Source: Octopus sinensis
Lineage: Eukaryota
DNA length: 64,000 nt
Assembly: GCF_006345805.1 (NCBI RefSeq)
Contig: NC_043022.1
Location: 2,232,001-2,296,000 of the forward strand
Direction: 5' to 3'
Position 1 is the stretch's first letter. Each line of letters begins with the position of its first letter. Position numbers and translations under genes: made by a program. Positions 51,567 through 64,000 of the stretch are shown here, one piece after another. The notes below the pieces were generated by a model. The model was not told the origin of the DNA, did not search any database, and saw only the letters and a program-made list of their open reading frames with translations.

Positions 51567-51787
51567 GTAGTCATCTCTCGCCATATTGCGGTTCACCTAT
51601 CACAGTTTATTATTTAAGCTTACGTTGATACCTCCGTGGTGTTGTTTTGCATTTATAACAAAAGAAATATATACAAATTATAATTACAAAAAATATACAG
51701 TACAGTACTGTTTCTACTTTGGATTTTCAAATATTCCGGCGGGTTGGGGGTTGGAACGTAACACCTGCGATATTCGAGGGATTACTG
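51567..51787. mobile_element. pogo/Tigger-like MITE
   Basis: Right end cgagggattactg|TA, degenerate left end gtagtcatctctcg. Confidence 0.5.
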
Positions 51788-54700
51788 TATGTATATATAC
51801 ACATACACACATGGAGGCACATCGCCTAGTGGTTAGAGCAGCGGATTTGCAGTCGAAGGACCACAGGTTCAGATCTCAGATCAGGCAATGTGTGTGTTTA
51901 TGAATGAAACACCTAAGCTTCACGTGGCTCCGGCAGAAGGTAAAGGCAAACTTCTGCTGACTCTTTCGCCACAACTTTGTTTCATTCTTTCCTCCTGCAT
52001 CTTGCAGCTCACCTGCGACGGACTGGCGTCCCGTCTAGGTGAGAGGACCTTATACATCAATGAAACCAGGAAACTGGCCCTTATGAGCCAGGCATGGATC
52101 CAGAAGGAACAAACAACATCTTATACAAACACACACACATGATAGACTTTATTCAGTTTCCATCTACCAAATCCACTCACTAGTCTTTGGTTGGTACTTA
52201 TTCTGTTGGTCTTTTTTTTTTTTGTCAGACTGCTAAGTTACAGGGACATACATACACTTATACAACAGGCTTCTTTCTGTTTCCATCTACCAAATCCACT
52301 CACAAGGCTTTGGTCAGCCCGAGGCTATAGTAGAAGACACATGCCCAAGGTGCCATACTGTGGGACTGAACCTGGAACCATGTGGTTGGGAAGCAAACTT
52401 CTTACCACACAGTCATCAAGATTCTTGAAACTGATATGTTTGTGTATAAACTGAAAATCAAAGCCAATTTTCTCTTCATTTCATTGATTATAAGCAGTCA
52501 AGTTTACTGGCTTCAACTAAAAATTGATCTAATGTTCCATCAATTAAAATAATAATAATAATAATAAGCATTGATTTTTGTTCTTGATAAATTGTATTGA
52601 ATTTACTGTTTGTATCTTTGTGTTTCCCTCTTCGTTTATTTCAATGGAAGTCTTCTGTTATAAAAAAATCTTCTCATTGATGATGGCTTGCAGTAAATGT
52701 AGGTTAAATTGTTTAACAGGGCAGTGTAGTTACATTTACTTTGAGAACATGTTGTTTTGGGTTCAGTTCCACTGCAGTGCCTTGGATAAGTGTGTTCTAC
52801 CACAGCTCTGACCCAACCAAATCCTTGTGAGAGGATTTTGTAGATGGAAACTGAAAGAAGCCTGTCATATAATTTTAAATAATAATTTAACTCATTAGCA
52901 TTTAAACTAGCCATATCATGTCCAAATATTCTACTTGCGCTATGGTCAAACTGACCAGATTCAGCCTCTCATGCCTGTCCTACAGTGTCATTTTAAAACT
53001 AAATAGTTGCATCATTGAAACCTCAAAGCTACATGATAATGCATGATTATCCAAAACCAGAAGGTTGCACCAAGCCCAGTCTGATCTGGCAGTGTTTCTA
53101 CGGCTGGATGCCCTTCCTAACGCCAACCACTCCATGAGTGTAGTGGGTGCTTTTTACGTGCCACCGGCACAGGTGCCAGACGAGGCTGGAAAACGGCCAC
53201 GGTCGGATGGTGCTTTTTACGTGCCACCGGCACGGAGGCCGGCAACGGCCACGATCAGATGTTCCATGCTGGCATGGGTTGGACAGTTTGACTGAGGATT
53301 GGCAGGCCAGGACGTTGCACCAGGCTCCAATCTTCCTAACACCAACCACTCCGAGAGTGTAGTGGGTGCTCTTTATGTGCCACCGGCATGAAGGTCACAG
53401 CGGCCAAAGATTACATTTGAGAGAGTAATCTGAATGCTAATGGGTTAATGCCCATGCTGGTATGGGTTGGACATTTCAACAGGAATTGACAAGCCAAGGG
53501 GCTGCTCTGAGCTCCCTCTGCTTTAACCTGGTTTCTACAGCTGGATGCTGTAGGTGCATGACTCAGTGGTGAGGATATTCAGCCCCTGATTACAATTCTT
53601 AGCAGCGCGTTGTGTCCTTCAGCAAGACACTTTATTTCACGTTGCTCCAGTCCACTCAGCTGGCAAAAATTAATTGTACCTATAATTCAAAGGGCCAGCC
53701 TTGTCACCTGTGTTATGTTGAATCTCCCTTTGAACTACATGAAGGGTACACATCTGTGGAGTACTCAGCCACTTGCACCGTTAATTTCACGAGCAATCTA
53801 TTCTATTGAGTGCTTTTTTATGTAGCACCTGCGCAGGTAAGGCCTCCAAGATCCCTCGATTGAGTGAGATATAATATTGAGGGATGTGAAAGTATGTTAC
53901 ATGTATTTGCGTGTGTTTAAGTGTACGTTTCCTTACTTTGACATGGCAGGGTAAATGTAAACATATGTCACCATCTTACATCAGTTACAACAGTTTGTTT
54001 GTAGTCTGCTGTGGAAACATATCCATCCAGTTTGCTGCTCATATTCAGGGAACTGGGAGAAATGTTAGCTTGCTTAAAAACAGGGGTTGGCAACTGGAAG
54101 AACGTCTGGGTGTTGGCAGGGGCCCCTTTTAAGTATTGTTACAGAGACCATTAAATATATAATGACCTGGCTCTCTATGTGAAAATGCAATTTCTTTTGT
54201 GCTGGTGCCATGTAAAAAGTACCCGGTCCACTCTGTAAAGGGGATCCAGCAGTTAAAAAAAAAAACATGCCAAAGCAGATCTCACCGATATTGGTGCCAC
54301 GCTCAAAGCACCCAGTCCTCTCTGTAGTGGTTGGCATCGGGAAGGGCATCCAACTGTAAAAACTATGCCAACACAGACAATGGAGCTTGGCACAGTCCTG
54401 GTTCACCAGCTACTGTCAACCATCTAACCCATGCCAGCATGGAAGACGGATGTTACATGACGACGTGTATAGGTAGTTTTATAGTGAAACATCTAATCTG
54501 ATAGAATATATATATATATATAATACACCCACACATACACACAGAGCCATACTTAAGATTTAAAACTGAAATAATTATAAATCTCTTAAAATAGATGTTG
54601 TTGGTTTTTAATTAATTTTTAAAGTGTGTGCCCTAAACGATTTGTAATTTACTTCAGAATTTCCATAAATGTCTTTCCCAGCTGTCGGTTAAGATATAAG

Positions 54701-55641
54701 TATTTTTGTCAATTAGTATAATCGCTTTCAATAATAATACATATGTATATGTATGTATGTATATATGCATGCATATATGCGTGTGTAGAAATATGAATAT
54801 ATGTGTATGTATAAATGTGTGTGTATTTGTATATAATATATATATATACTCTTTTACTTGTTTCAGTCATTTGACTGTGGGCATGCTGGAGCACCACATT
54901 TTTAGTCGAGCAAATCGACCCCGGGATTTATTCTTTGTAAGCCTAGTACTTATTCTATCGGTCTCTTTTGCTAAACCGCTAAGTTACGGGGACGTAAACA
55001 CACCAGCATTGGTTGTCAAGCGATGTTGGGGCGACAAACACAGACACACACACATATATACGACGGGCTTCTTTTCAGTTACCATCTACCAAATCCATTC
55101 ACAAGACTTTGGTCGGCCCAAGGCTATGGTAGAAGACACTTGCCCAAGGTGCCACGCAGTGGGACTGAACCCGGAACCATGTGGTTCGTAAGCAAGCTAC
55201 TTACCACACAGCCACTCCTACGCCTATATATATATAATGTAATATGTATATTTATATGTGTGTGTGTTTATATATACATAGTGTATATATATATATATAT
55301 AGAGAGAGAGAGATATATATATGTATATATTTGTGTGTATGTGTGTATATATATATGTATATATTTGTATATATGTATATTTTTGGCTGAGTGCTTGTGT
55401 ATGTATGCATATATATATATATATATATATAAGCTTTATGTTTATTCATGACTCATTCATGGATATAGGATGTATAGTAAATTCGTCTGATGTTATAGCA
55501 GCGTTGCTGGTGCTCTGTTAAGGCACCCTGTTCCAAGTATTGCAAATGCAATGATGCTGCAGATAGTGCACACAGCGTACTATCTACAAAAGGCTATATA
55601 ACCTTCAAAAAATGGATTGCTGGAAAGAGTAAATAAGTTCT

Positions 55642-55655
55642 GTTACCATGGTGAC
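55642..55655. promoter_or_regulatory. RFX X-box
   Basis: GTCACC-AT-GGTAAC on the minus strand matches GTNRCC-N0-3-RGYAAC, in non-repeat sequence. Confidence 0.45.
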
Positions 55656-57302
55656 TGCTTAATCAGTGTTAGATAGATGCATTGACAGGAGGGTGCAGAA
55701 TAGAATGTTATCGTCGCACCGCCCTGCCCCCTGGCCTCCCCAGCCCTGCATGTTTTTAGTTGTTGAATAAACTTATGCCTGTGTTAACAGGAATCTCGTT
55801 CTGCATTCAAAATTGCTGCAAGCTACGATGCATGTGCGATGAGTATTGATGTGAAATGGAAATGCAGCTTTTATTGTAAAAATAAACGGAAAGGAAAACC
55901 AGTAGCCGACAACTGCAGAAGCAAAAAAAAAAAAAAGGAAAAAGAAAAGAAAAGAGAAGAAAAATCTATTATAATGAGTGTGTATTGGGAATGTAGTAAA
56001 ATTGGATGATAAACGAGACGGGGCTTGAGGAAATTTGAGGCTTCTAGCGCTGCAGGGGTGCTTTAAAACTCCTGCTGTGTTTTGACTCATTTCTGCTCCA
56101 ACTTGACTATCCTATCGTGCATTTTTATTTAACCTCATTTGTATTCTAACAAAGCTTATGTATGTTGACCAGTAACACCTTTTATTTATATATATATATT
56201 ATATATAGAGATATATGCTGTTTTTGTCCTGTTATTACTATTATTGTTTTTTTGTATTTATATTCGCGTGGCATCGTCCGTTTTTCTGTCCTTGTTTCGT
56301 GTACATTCGATCCTTTTTCCAAGAAATCTAATGCTCGTAGCTTAGTTTTTTTCTTGGGGCTGGCCGGATCGGAGCGATCTCAAGATTAATCAGCCGAAAT
56401 TGCGAGGATGATCCGGTTCTTGACTGAAGATTGAAGGCTTCGAATGTCCCGTCCGTGTTTTTTGTATCGTCTTCTAAATGTTTTATGTTCTTGTCCCAGT
56501 TTGTATTTTTCTACTTATAATAATATATATATATATTATATATATAATAAATTAATAAATGAATTAAACATATGCATATATACATACGTACCTACCTCTA
56601 CATGTATATATACATGCATATATGGGTACAGGACACCAAAAAAACGTCGAACAGAATGAGAAACGAAAACATAGACACAAAACCAAGGAAATGGACATTT
56701 TTCTTAAACAACGAAAAAATAGAGTACAGGACATACAAAACAAGGAAAATTCCCCTTCTTCAGTCGCCTTTGTTTCATCTACCCCACGTTTCGATATATA
56801 TATGTGTGTGTGTGTAGAGCTCTGTATATTTTATTTCCTGTGCACTGTAAGTGGTAACTCATATATTTATATTTAAAAATGTAAGATCCAGGGATCAGGG
56901 TGTAGGAAGAAAGTTAGCTTCAAGCAATCTGTAGTGAATATAAGAAACACCTTTCAGGAACAAAAGTGTTTTATTGAGGTGGAAAGTTATAGTTCTTTCG
57001 TATCAAAGTACAAATAAGCTGGAAAAAATTCATATTTCACTGTAGGCAACCAGGGTTGTCGGGTATGCGATTAAGAATACAAGACGAGTTGCCTGCAGTA
57101 TACACCCCACTTATATATGTACCACTGCTGAGGTTCCGCTCATTATGAAACATATTTAGCCCTGATCTTACCTACTTCATTCCTTAACTCCTGTATGTAT
57201 ATGTGTGTGTTATACGCATACACAAAACCAGTGCTGTTTTTAATTCATCCTTGAGTTTAATCTTACATATTCATCACTGACGCCACAGAAAATGGTTCTT
57301 AC

Positions 57303-57515
57303 ACTATTTGTGTATAATCATGGACTGGCAGTTTGGTTTGTCCCTTGTTCAATTCAGGCACATGATGTTGATAAGCCACAAAAATGGTAAAATATCGGTG
57401 TCCATCAATCCTGAATGGGATTGGAGGCGATTTGTCTTGTTTCTCTATGACTTTCTGGTCTTTTAACACCCGGTGCTGTGAGGGAGCCATCCCCAAAGCG
57501 CTATACCGCAGCGAT
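57303..57515 (-). CDS. Candidate coding exon (213 nt), product unknown
   Basis: Acceptor tttggcttgtttgccAG, open frame SLRYSALGMAPSQ...VHDYTQI, then either donor GTAAGA (symmetric phase 2-2) or a stop (V*). Confidence 0.5.
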
Positions 57516-58035
57516 CTGGCAAACAAGCCAAATACATACATTATGTGCAGTTGATAATGTTTCCAACACTAGCGCTACTTTTAATTCGTAATTGAATGTA
57601 TATTAATATCTAATTTAGGAATTTTGATACTAACTAATCTAGTGTTAGAACTTGATGTAAATCATCATAATCTTTCCCAAGTACACTTCAACTTTGAAGC
57701 TCCAATGAAGCAATAGTTTGGTACTCAAGTACTCAGCTCTGAGTGCATTTCACCTTGTAGCAGAAACAGCTGTAAGCTAATGAAGTGCATAACATAATTA
57801 TTTCCTTTGTTATTCCAATTTCTTAAAATATATTCATATATTGTTCATTGTTTGTTTAACATCTGCCTTCCATATTGGCATGGGTTGGACGGTTTGACAG
57901 GAGCCAGCCAAGCAGAAGACTACACCAAGCTTCTGTATCAGTTTTGGGCACAGCTTTTACGGCTGGGTGCCCTTCCTAACACCAACCATCCCACAGAGTG
58001 GAGTTGATTTTCCATTCTTCTTCATGATATATGTA

Positions 58036-58232
58036 TGACGGGGTGCTGAAAAGTTCCTGGTTTTAGGCAAAAGAAAATACAAGAGGATCAGTTAATTATG
58101 ATCTTATTCAGCATATCCTGCTCTTAGGGATCCTTCAGTTTTTCTAAGCCCTGTAAAAGACCTCAGAAGGTTGGGCCTCCAACCAGGCCTTTTGAAATAC
58201 CCTTAAAGCCTTGAACTCTCAGCATCCCTTTG
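58036..58232. mobile_element. mariner-like MITE
   Basis: TA-flanked gggg tgctgaaaagttcc ... cagcatccc ends. Inverted partial copy at ~12955-13130. Confidence 0.55.
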
Positions 58233-58248
58233 TATAATTATAGCTTAA

Positions 58249-58467
58249 CCCTTTAGTATTTAAACCGGCCATATCCGGCCAAAATATTTAATCTGTTTTA
58301 TGTTCAAACTGACCAGATCCAGGCTCTCACACCTACCCTACAATGTTATTCTACATTAAGTAATTACACCATCAAGATCTTGAAGTTATGAGATAATGCA
58401 TGATTAATTTAAATCAATGGGAATCAATAGGCATTATGTTTGATTGAATAATCTGAACACTAAAGGG
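58249..58467. mobile_element. piggyBac-like MITE
   Basis: TTAA|CCCTTTAG ... CTAAAGGG|TTAA. Related copies at 34119-34339, 18289-18511, 7897-8109. Confidence 0.75.
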
Positions 58468-61400
58468 TTAAAGGAATGGGGATTTGGAATCTAGGCTGGT
58501 ACCTTTATTAGAACTCTGATATAATCCAGATTTCGCTAACCACATTGAATGATAGAGAAAATACAGAATTGACAGTTACATGGTACTTAACTGGATAGAT
58601 GCTGAGTTCACTTCAGCAGCATACAGAGTGTAGAATCAAGACATCATAAAAGAAGAATGGAGAATTTTCATATCTTCAAAATTTGTTTATCACAATATTA
58701 TCCTCATTAAATTCGCATTAAATTCTAAGCCGACACGTGTTTCTACTCAATAAGTGTCCTGATCTCTTTTGATGTAGTATTTATGTGCTATTAGTTGGTT
58801 CACTTGGTTCTCTATTCTTCTTCATTATATATATATATATATATATATATAATGTGTGTTATGATCAAAAAGACTCCAAAGAGGCTGGTGTTGGTTCTAT
58901 GTTGGTAAGACTTAATCGATGAAAAGTATAAACTTATTTTGGAAAGTGGAAAATCCAACATGTTGGGGAGTCCTTCAGGGAAAAGTTAAAAGGAATCTGT
59001 CTGAAACAGATTTTCCACTTGCCACATCAAATTTACTGTGCTCTTTTCATCAATACTTTTGTCTGTAAGTGAAGGCAAATGGCTCAGTGGTTAGAGCATC
59101 GGGCTCACAATCACGAGGTAGTGAGTTCAATTCCTGGACTGGGCTCTGTGTTGTGTTCTTGAGCAAGGCACTTTATCACTCAGCTGTAGAAAGGAGTTGT
59201 AACATCACTGGTTCCTAGCTGTATCAGCCTTTGCCTTTCTCTTGGATAACGTTGGTGGCGTGGAGACTGCTGGTCTTCCATAAGCAACCCTGCCCAAACT
59301 TGTGTCTTGAAGAGTAACTTTCTAGGTGTAATCCCATGGTCATTCATGACCAAAGGGGTCTTTATATATATTTGAGGGAAAGGAGAACAAAAACCAAGGC
59401 TGTTGTCCTTTTTCCTCTAATATAATATATACCTGCTAATACAGAAGCCTAATACGGATCCCTAGCTCCTGCCTCAGCTGTGAACTTGGAACTTAACAAC
59501 GGATGACCAATTATAGCCCTTACTCGGTGTACCTATTCATTTAGATCCCCAGTGAACTAAACCCCTCATATTATAACTATATGTGAAAGCACATGGCTCA
59601 GTGGTTAGAATGTCAGGCTTACAATCACGAGGTGGTGAGTTTGATTCCCTGATCAGGTTTTGTGTTGTGTTCTTGAGCTGTAGAAATGAGTTGGGACATT
59701 CCTGGTGCCAAGCTGTATCGGCCCCTTTGCCTTTCCTTTGGTGCAGAGAGGGGAGGCGAGCATGCATGGATGACTGCTGGTCTTCTACTAAACAACCTTG
59801 CCTGAACTTGTGCCTTGGAAGGTAACTTTCTAAGTGCAATCCCAGGCCCTTCATGACCAAAGGGGGTCTTTACCCTTTAATGTGTCTGTATATATGTATA
59901 TAAAATTGCTTGTGTACATCATCTTCGTTTAGCGTCCACTTTCCATGCTAGCATGGGTTGGACGGTTCAACTGGGGTCTGGGAAGCCAGGAGGCTGCACC
60001 AGGCCCAGTCTGATCTGGCAATGTTTCTACGGCTGGATGCCCTTCCTAACGCCAACCACTCCGTGAGTGTAGTGGGTGCTTTTTACGTGCCACCGGCACA
60101 GGTGCCAGACGAGGCTGGCAAATGGCCACGATCGGATGGTGCTTTTTACGTGCTACAGGCACGGGGGCCAGGCGAGGCTGGCAACGGCCACAATCGGATG
60201 GTGCTTTTTACGTGCCACCGGCATGATTTATGTGCCATAAAGTTTTATTTGAGCTGAGATATGTACAGTTAGATATATATCTACTTCTGTATGAGTTAGA
60301 GCTCCACATAGATTATTGTTATTCAGTTGGCTTCCAGTAGAGTGGTTAGTCAATCACTGTACTTAGCCGTGTTACTAGGTTATGATATGCAGAGCACTTT
60401 GCAGTTTGTCGACTGCTCCTCAAAGAAGATGTACCTATTTTCCTTTCTCAATCAATAGTATAGACTAGTCAGCTGCTGTTTAAGCAAATTAGGCCATCCA
60501 CTGTAGTGCATGTGTATACATGTATATATTCCGGCCAGCAGAAACAAGTTAGAGATATTATACATTCTATACAATACCTCACTCATACGTGTGTGTCTGT
60601 GTGTGGTCAAGTGATGTCAAGCTTGCAAGACCTTTAGGTATGAGGAAACGATCTGTTTCACCAACTCAATTACGACAGACTTTCTGTGCATTTAATGAGG
60701 CTATGTATTGAATGCACACCGCGTTCACACACATATATATGTGCTATTTGCGAAAGGCAAAGCAAAATTGGAATGAAATTGTAGTGATAAGAACCAACGG
60801 AGCGAACATCCGAAAGCTTATAATCTAGAAGAAAGTCAAGCAAATCCCTTGCACTGCAGTAACTTGATTAAATTTTGAAATGCGAAGTGGACAGGGAACC
60901 GGCTAATAGAAAGTGAGGTTGGTGAGGCAGATAAACGTTTAATGAAATAACCTCTGCTGGAAATAGAAAAATCTAAAATAACAACAGACGTTAACGAGGT
61001 ATAAAAGGATAAAATATATATGTTTGTTTTTATAAAATGTGTTGAAACGGAATTTAGAACAAGTCCTTTTTTTCTTTTCTGTTTTTCTTTCTATTTCGTG
61101 CCATTGACAGTATCAGTTACGCAAACACTTTGCTAGTAATCATTCATTGATACTGCTACACTAGTGAGGTTCGTTCACATGGTTCAGATATCATCGTTTT
61201 TGCAATTTCCTTTCTTCGTTTGGAAGATAGAATTTTTAAAGGACGGCGGAACTGCTCTGCAACAAATTCTTCTCTTTCTTTTCCAATCTTTGTACTCACC
61301 ATCATTCATTTGGTTTCCTCCAATATGATGATGATGATGATGCTTTATCTTTTCTTTTACTTCTTTCAGTCATTAGACTGTGGTCATGCTGGGGCACTAC

Positions 61401-64000
61401 CTTGATGAATTTTTATTTAGTCAAACAAATCAACCCCAATACTTTTTTTTTTAAAGCTTGATACTTATTCTATTAATCTCATTTTGCTGAATCTCTAAGT
61501 TATGGAGATGTAAACACACCAACCCTAGTTGTCAAGCTGTGGTAGGGGACAAACACACATGATGGGCTTCTTTCAGTTTCTTATTTCTTTATTGCCCACA
61601 AGGGGCTACACACAGAGGGGACAAACATAGACAGACAAATGGATTTAGTCAATTATATCAATCCCAGTGCGTAACTGGTACTTATTTAATCGACCCCAAA
61701 AGGATGAAAGGCAAAGTCGACCTCGGCGGAATTTGAACTCAGAACGTAGCGGCAGACAAAATACTGCTAAGCATTTCACCAGGCGTGCTAATGTTTCAAC
61801 CAGCTCATCTCCTTTTTTCAGTTTCTGTCTACTAACTCCACCCACAAGGCTGTGGTCAGCCGGGGGCTACAGTGGATGACCTTTGCCCCAAGGTGCCGTA
61901 CAGTGAAACTGAACTCAGAACCAGGTGCTCAAGAAACAAGCTTCTTACCACACAGTCACACCTGTAATTTAATTTCTTTGAAATTCTTATTTTAAATCTA
62001 TTTAGAATTTAGATTTCAAATACAAACACAGGCATGGCTGTGTGATTAAGACACTTGCTTCTCAACCACATGGTTTACAGGTTCAATTCCACTACAAGGA
62101 ACTTTGGACAAATGTCTTCCTCTATAACCATGGGCTGACCAGTGCCTTCTGGTGAATTTGATTAGTACAAATTGTATAGAAGCCTTTTGTGTGTGTGTGT
62201 TTCCTCTCATATTTGAGCCCTATGTCCCCTACCATATAGCTACCCAGTTCCTTCCTCGGAGTTTGTAGTCTTGCAAGCTACATGGCAGCCTTAGTAGTGC
62301 TGGTGACATGGAAAAAATCCCTCAGTACATACAATGAAGTGGTTGAAGTTAGGAAGGGCATCCAGCCACAGAGACCGTACCAGCATGTAACATGGACATT
62401 AAAATGATGATGATGATGTGTGTGTTTTGTGTTTGCACCACCCCCATACTGTTTAACCACCAGTCTTGGTTTGTTTACATCCTTGTAACTTAGCATTTCA
62501 GCAACAGAGGCCATTAGAATAAGTAGGAGGCTTTTTTTAAAAAAGAACAAGTGCTGGGGTTGATACATTTGACTTAAAAACTCTTCAAGGCGGTGCCCCA
62601 GCATGGCCACAGTCCCATGACTGAAACAAGTAAAAGACAGCATGTCTGTGATGGAGCTGACCTCTATAATGGTTCAATCAAGACAAGACTGTGTGACGTA
62701 ACAAACTACCGAACAGGCTATATACCTGAAACACCTATACATTGCCTTTTACTACACCTGTTAATCACCTGTACAATGGAAATAACATACTCAGAAGACT
62801 TCTCAGTCAGGTAAGAAGTTCAGTTGACGATTGCACTACAGCAGCTCCCTGGCCTATTTGCTAAGCTGAAACTAGTTTGATGTATCATCACTAAATTATT
62901 CTCTGTCTGCTCCTCCGAGTTCTGTTGTCAAGGTAGTTGGGTTAGAAGCAGCTTAATTACTTTGTTCTGCACTTGATTGTGCATAGCACCAATGAAGGAT
63001 TACAAATTCATTATTGTTTAGTGGAGGAGACCAACAGCATATTTGTTGTGCACTACCTGTTGTAACTGTTCTGCAGAGTATTTGAGATGTTGGTAGGTGG
63101 AAGCACTTGGAACTGGGCGTAGAGCCATCATCTAACATCCTTTTTTCCATCTTTGCATGGGTCAGGTGGAATTTGTTGAAGCCTTGAAGGATTTTAGTCA
63201 AACGAATTGGCCCTGTTGCTTTCTTTAAACCTGGTACTAATTCTGTCAGTGTCTTTCGCCAAACTACTAAGTTATGGGGATGTAAACAAACCAGCACCCA
63301 TTGTCAAAAAGTGGATGGGGGGACAAACACACACACACTACATACGACAGGTTTCTTTCAGTTTCCATTTACCACATCCACTCGACCTGAAACTACAGTA
63401 AAAGACATTTGCCCAGTGTGCCATACAGTAGGACTGAACCCAGAACCATGTGGTTGAGAAGCAAGCTTCTTACCACACAGCCACACCTATGCCTATATAT
63501 ATATATATATATCACTTCATACCTGCATTGATTTGGGTTCAATCCCACTGCAAGGCACCTTCTCCTCTCACCTTGGGTGGAACTGTATACACCCTGAGAG
63601 TAGGATCCTGTAGAATTTAAACCGTGTGGAAGCCCATCATATGTGTATCTATGTTTGATACAACACGGCTGGTTTTTTTACAAAACAAGCAGAACATCAA
63701 AAGTTGTAATGTAACCATTCATTAACTATAAAAGAAGCACTAAAGTTTATCTGATCTATTAACCCTTTCGTTACTGTATTTATTTTGAGATGTTCTATGT
63801 TTCTTTCAATTACTTTAAATCATCATCATCATCGTTTAACGTCCGTTTTCCGCGCTAGCACGGTTCGACCGGGGTCTGGGAAGCCAGGGGCTGCTCCAGG
63901 CTCCAGTCTGATCTGGCAGAGTTTCTACGGCTGGATGCCCTTCCTAACGCCAACCACTCTGCGAGTGTAGTGGGTGCTTTTTACGTGCCAAGAATTTAGT

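Noticed and set aside
56395-56455. Hammerhead at CTGAAGA ttgaaggcttc GAAT GTC
   Set aside because: There is no stem I pairing and A15.1 is missing. It may be a decayed repeat but is not supportable.
56735-56792. Permuted hammerhead on the minus strand (cgaaacgt ... ctgaagaagggg)
   Set aside because: Stem I cannot form and there is no GAAA after the putative stem II.
60740-60830. Minus-strand acceptor followed by signal-peptide-like MFAPLVLITTISFQFCFA
   Set aside because: The frame stops three codons later and there is no donor, so there is not enough support.

Overview
AT-rich, repeat-dense eukaryotic genomic DNA. The SINE set and the long (TA)n/(CA)n tracts are those I recognise from Octopus (cephalopod) genomes. 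Almost all listed ORFs are microsatellite or SINE artefacts. One gene is identifiable by reading spliced exons on the minus strand: the 5' part of MKS1 (ciliary transition-zone B9 protein). It has four exons (20307-20386, 4915-5059, 3966-4048, 2479-2545), a 15-kb first intron, and continues off the left edge. Upstream of it is an unusual promoter: an ABBA array of ~200-bp units with a conserved RFX-like head, then a divergent candidate first exon. There is a second CpG-rich promoter-like region at ~40-41.5 kb and several orphan minus-strand exon candidates, including a 10-nt microexon. The rest is tRNA-derived SINEs, RTE LINE remnants, Helitron and DNA-transposon MITEs, a 123/128-bp minisatellite and local duplications. 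The most notable hidden signal is three unrelated families of hammerhead-ribozyme-bearing (Penelope-like) fragments. One is a sense/antisense triple cassette inside MKS1 intron 1. A templated inverted duplication also brackets MKS1 exons 3-4, an in-frame 150-nt unit. No CRISPR array, rRNA or bona fide tRNA gene was found.
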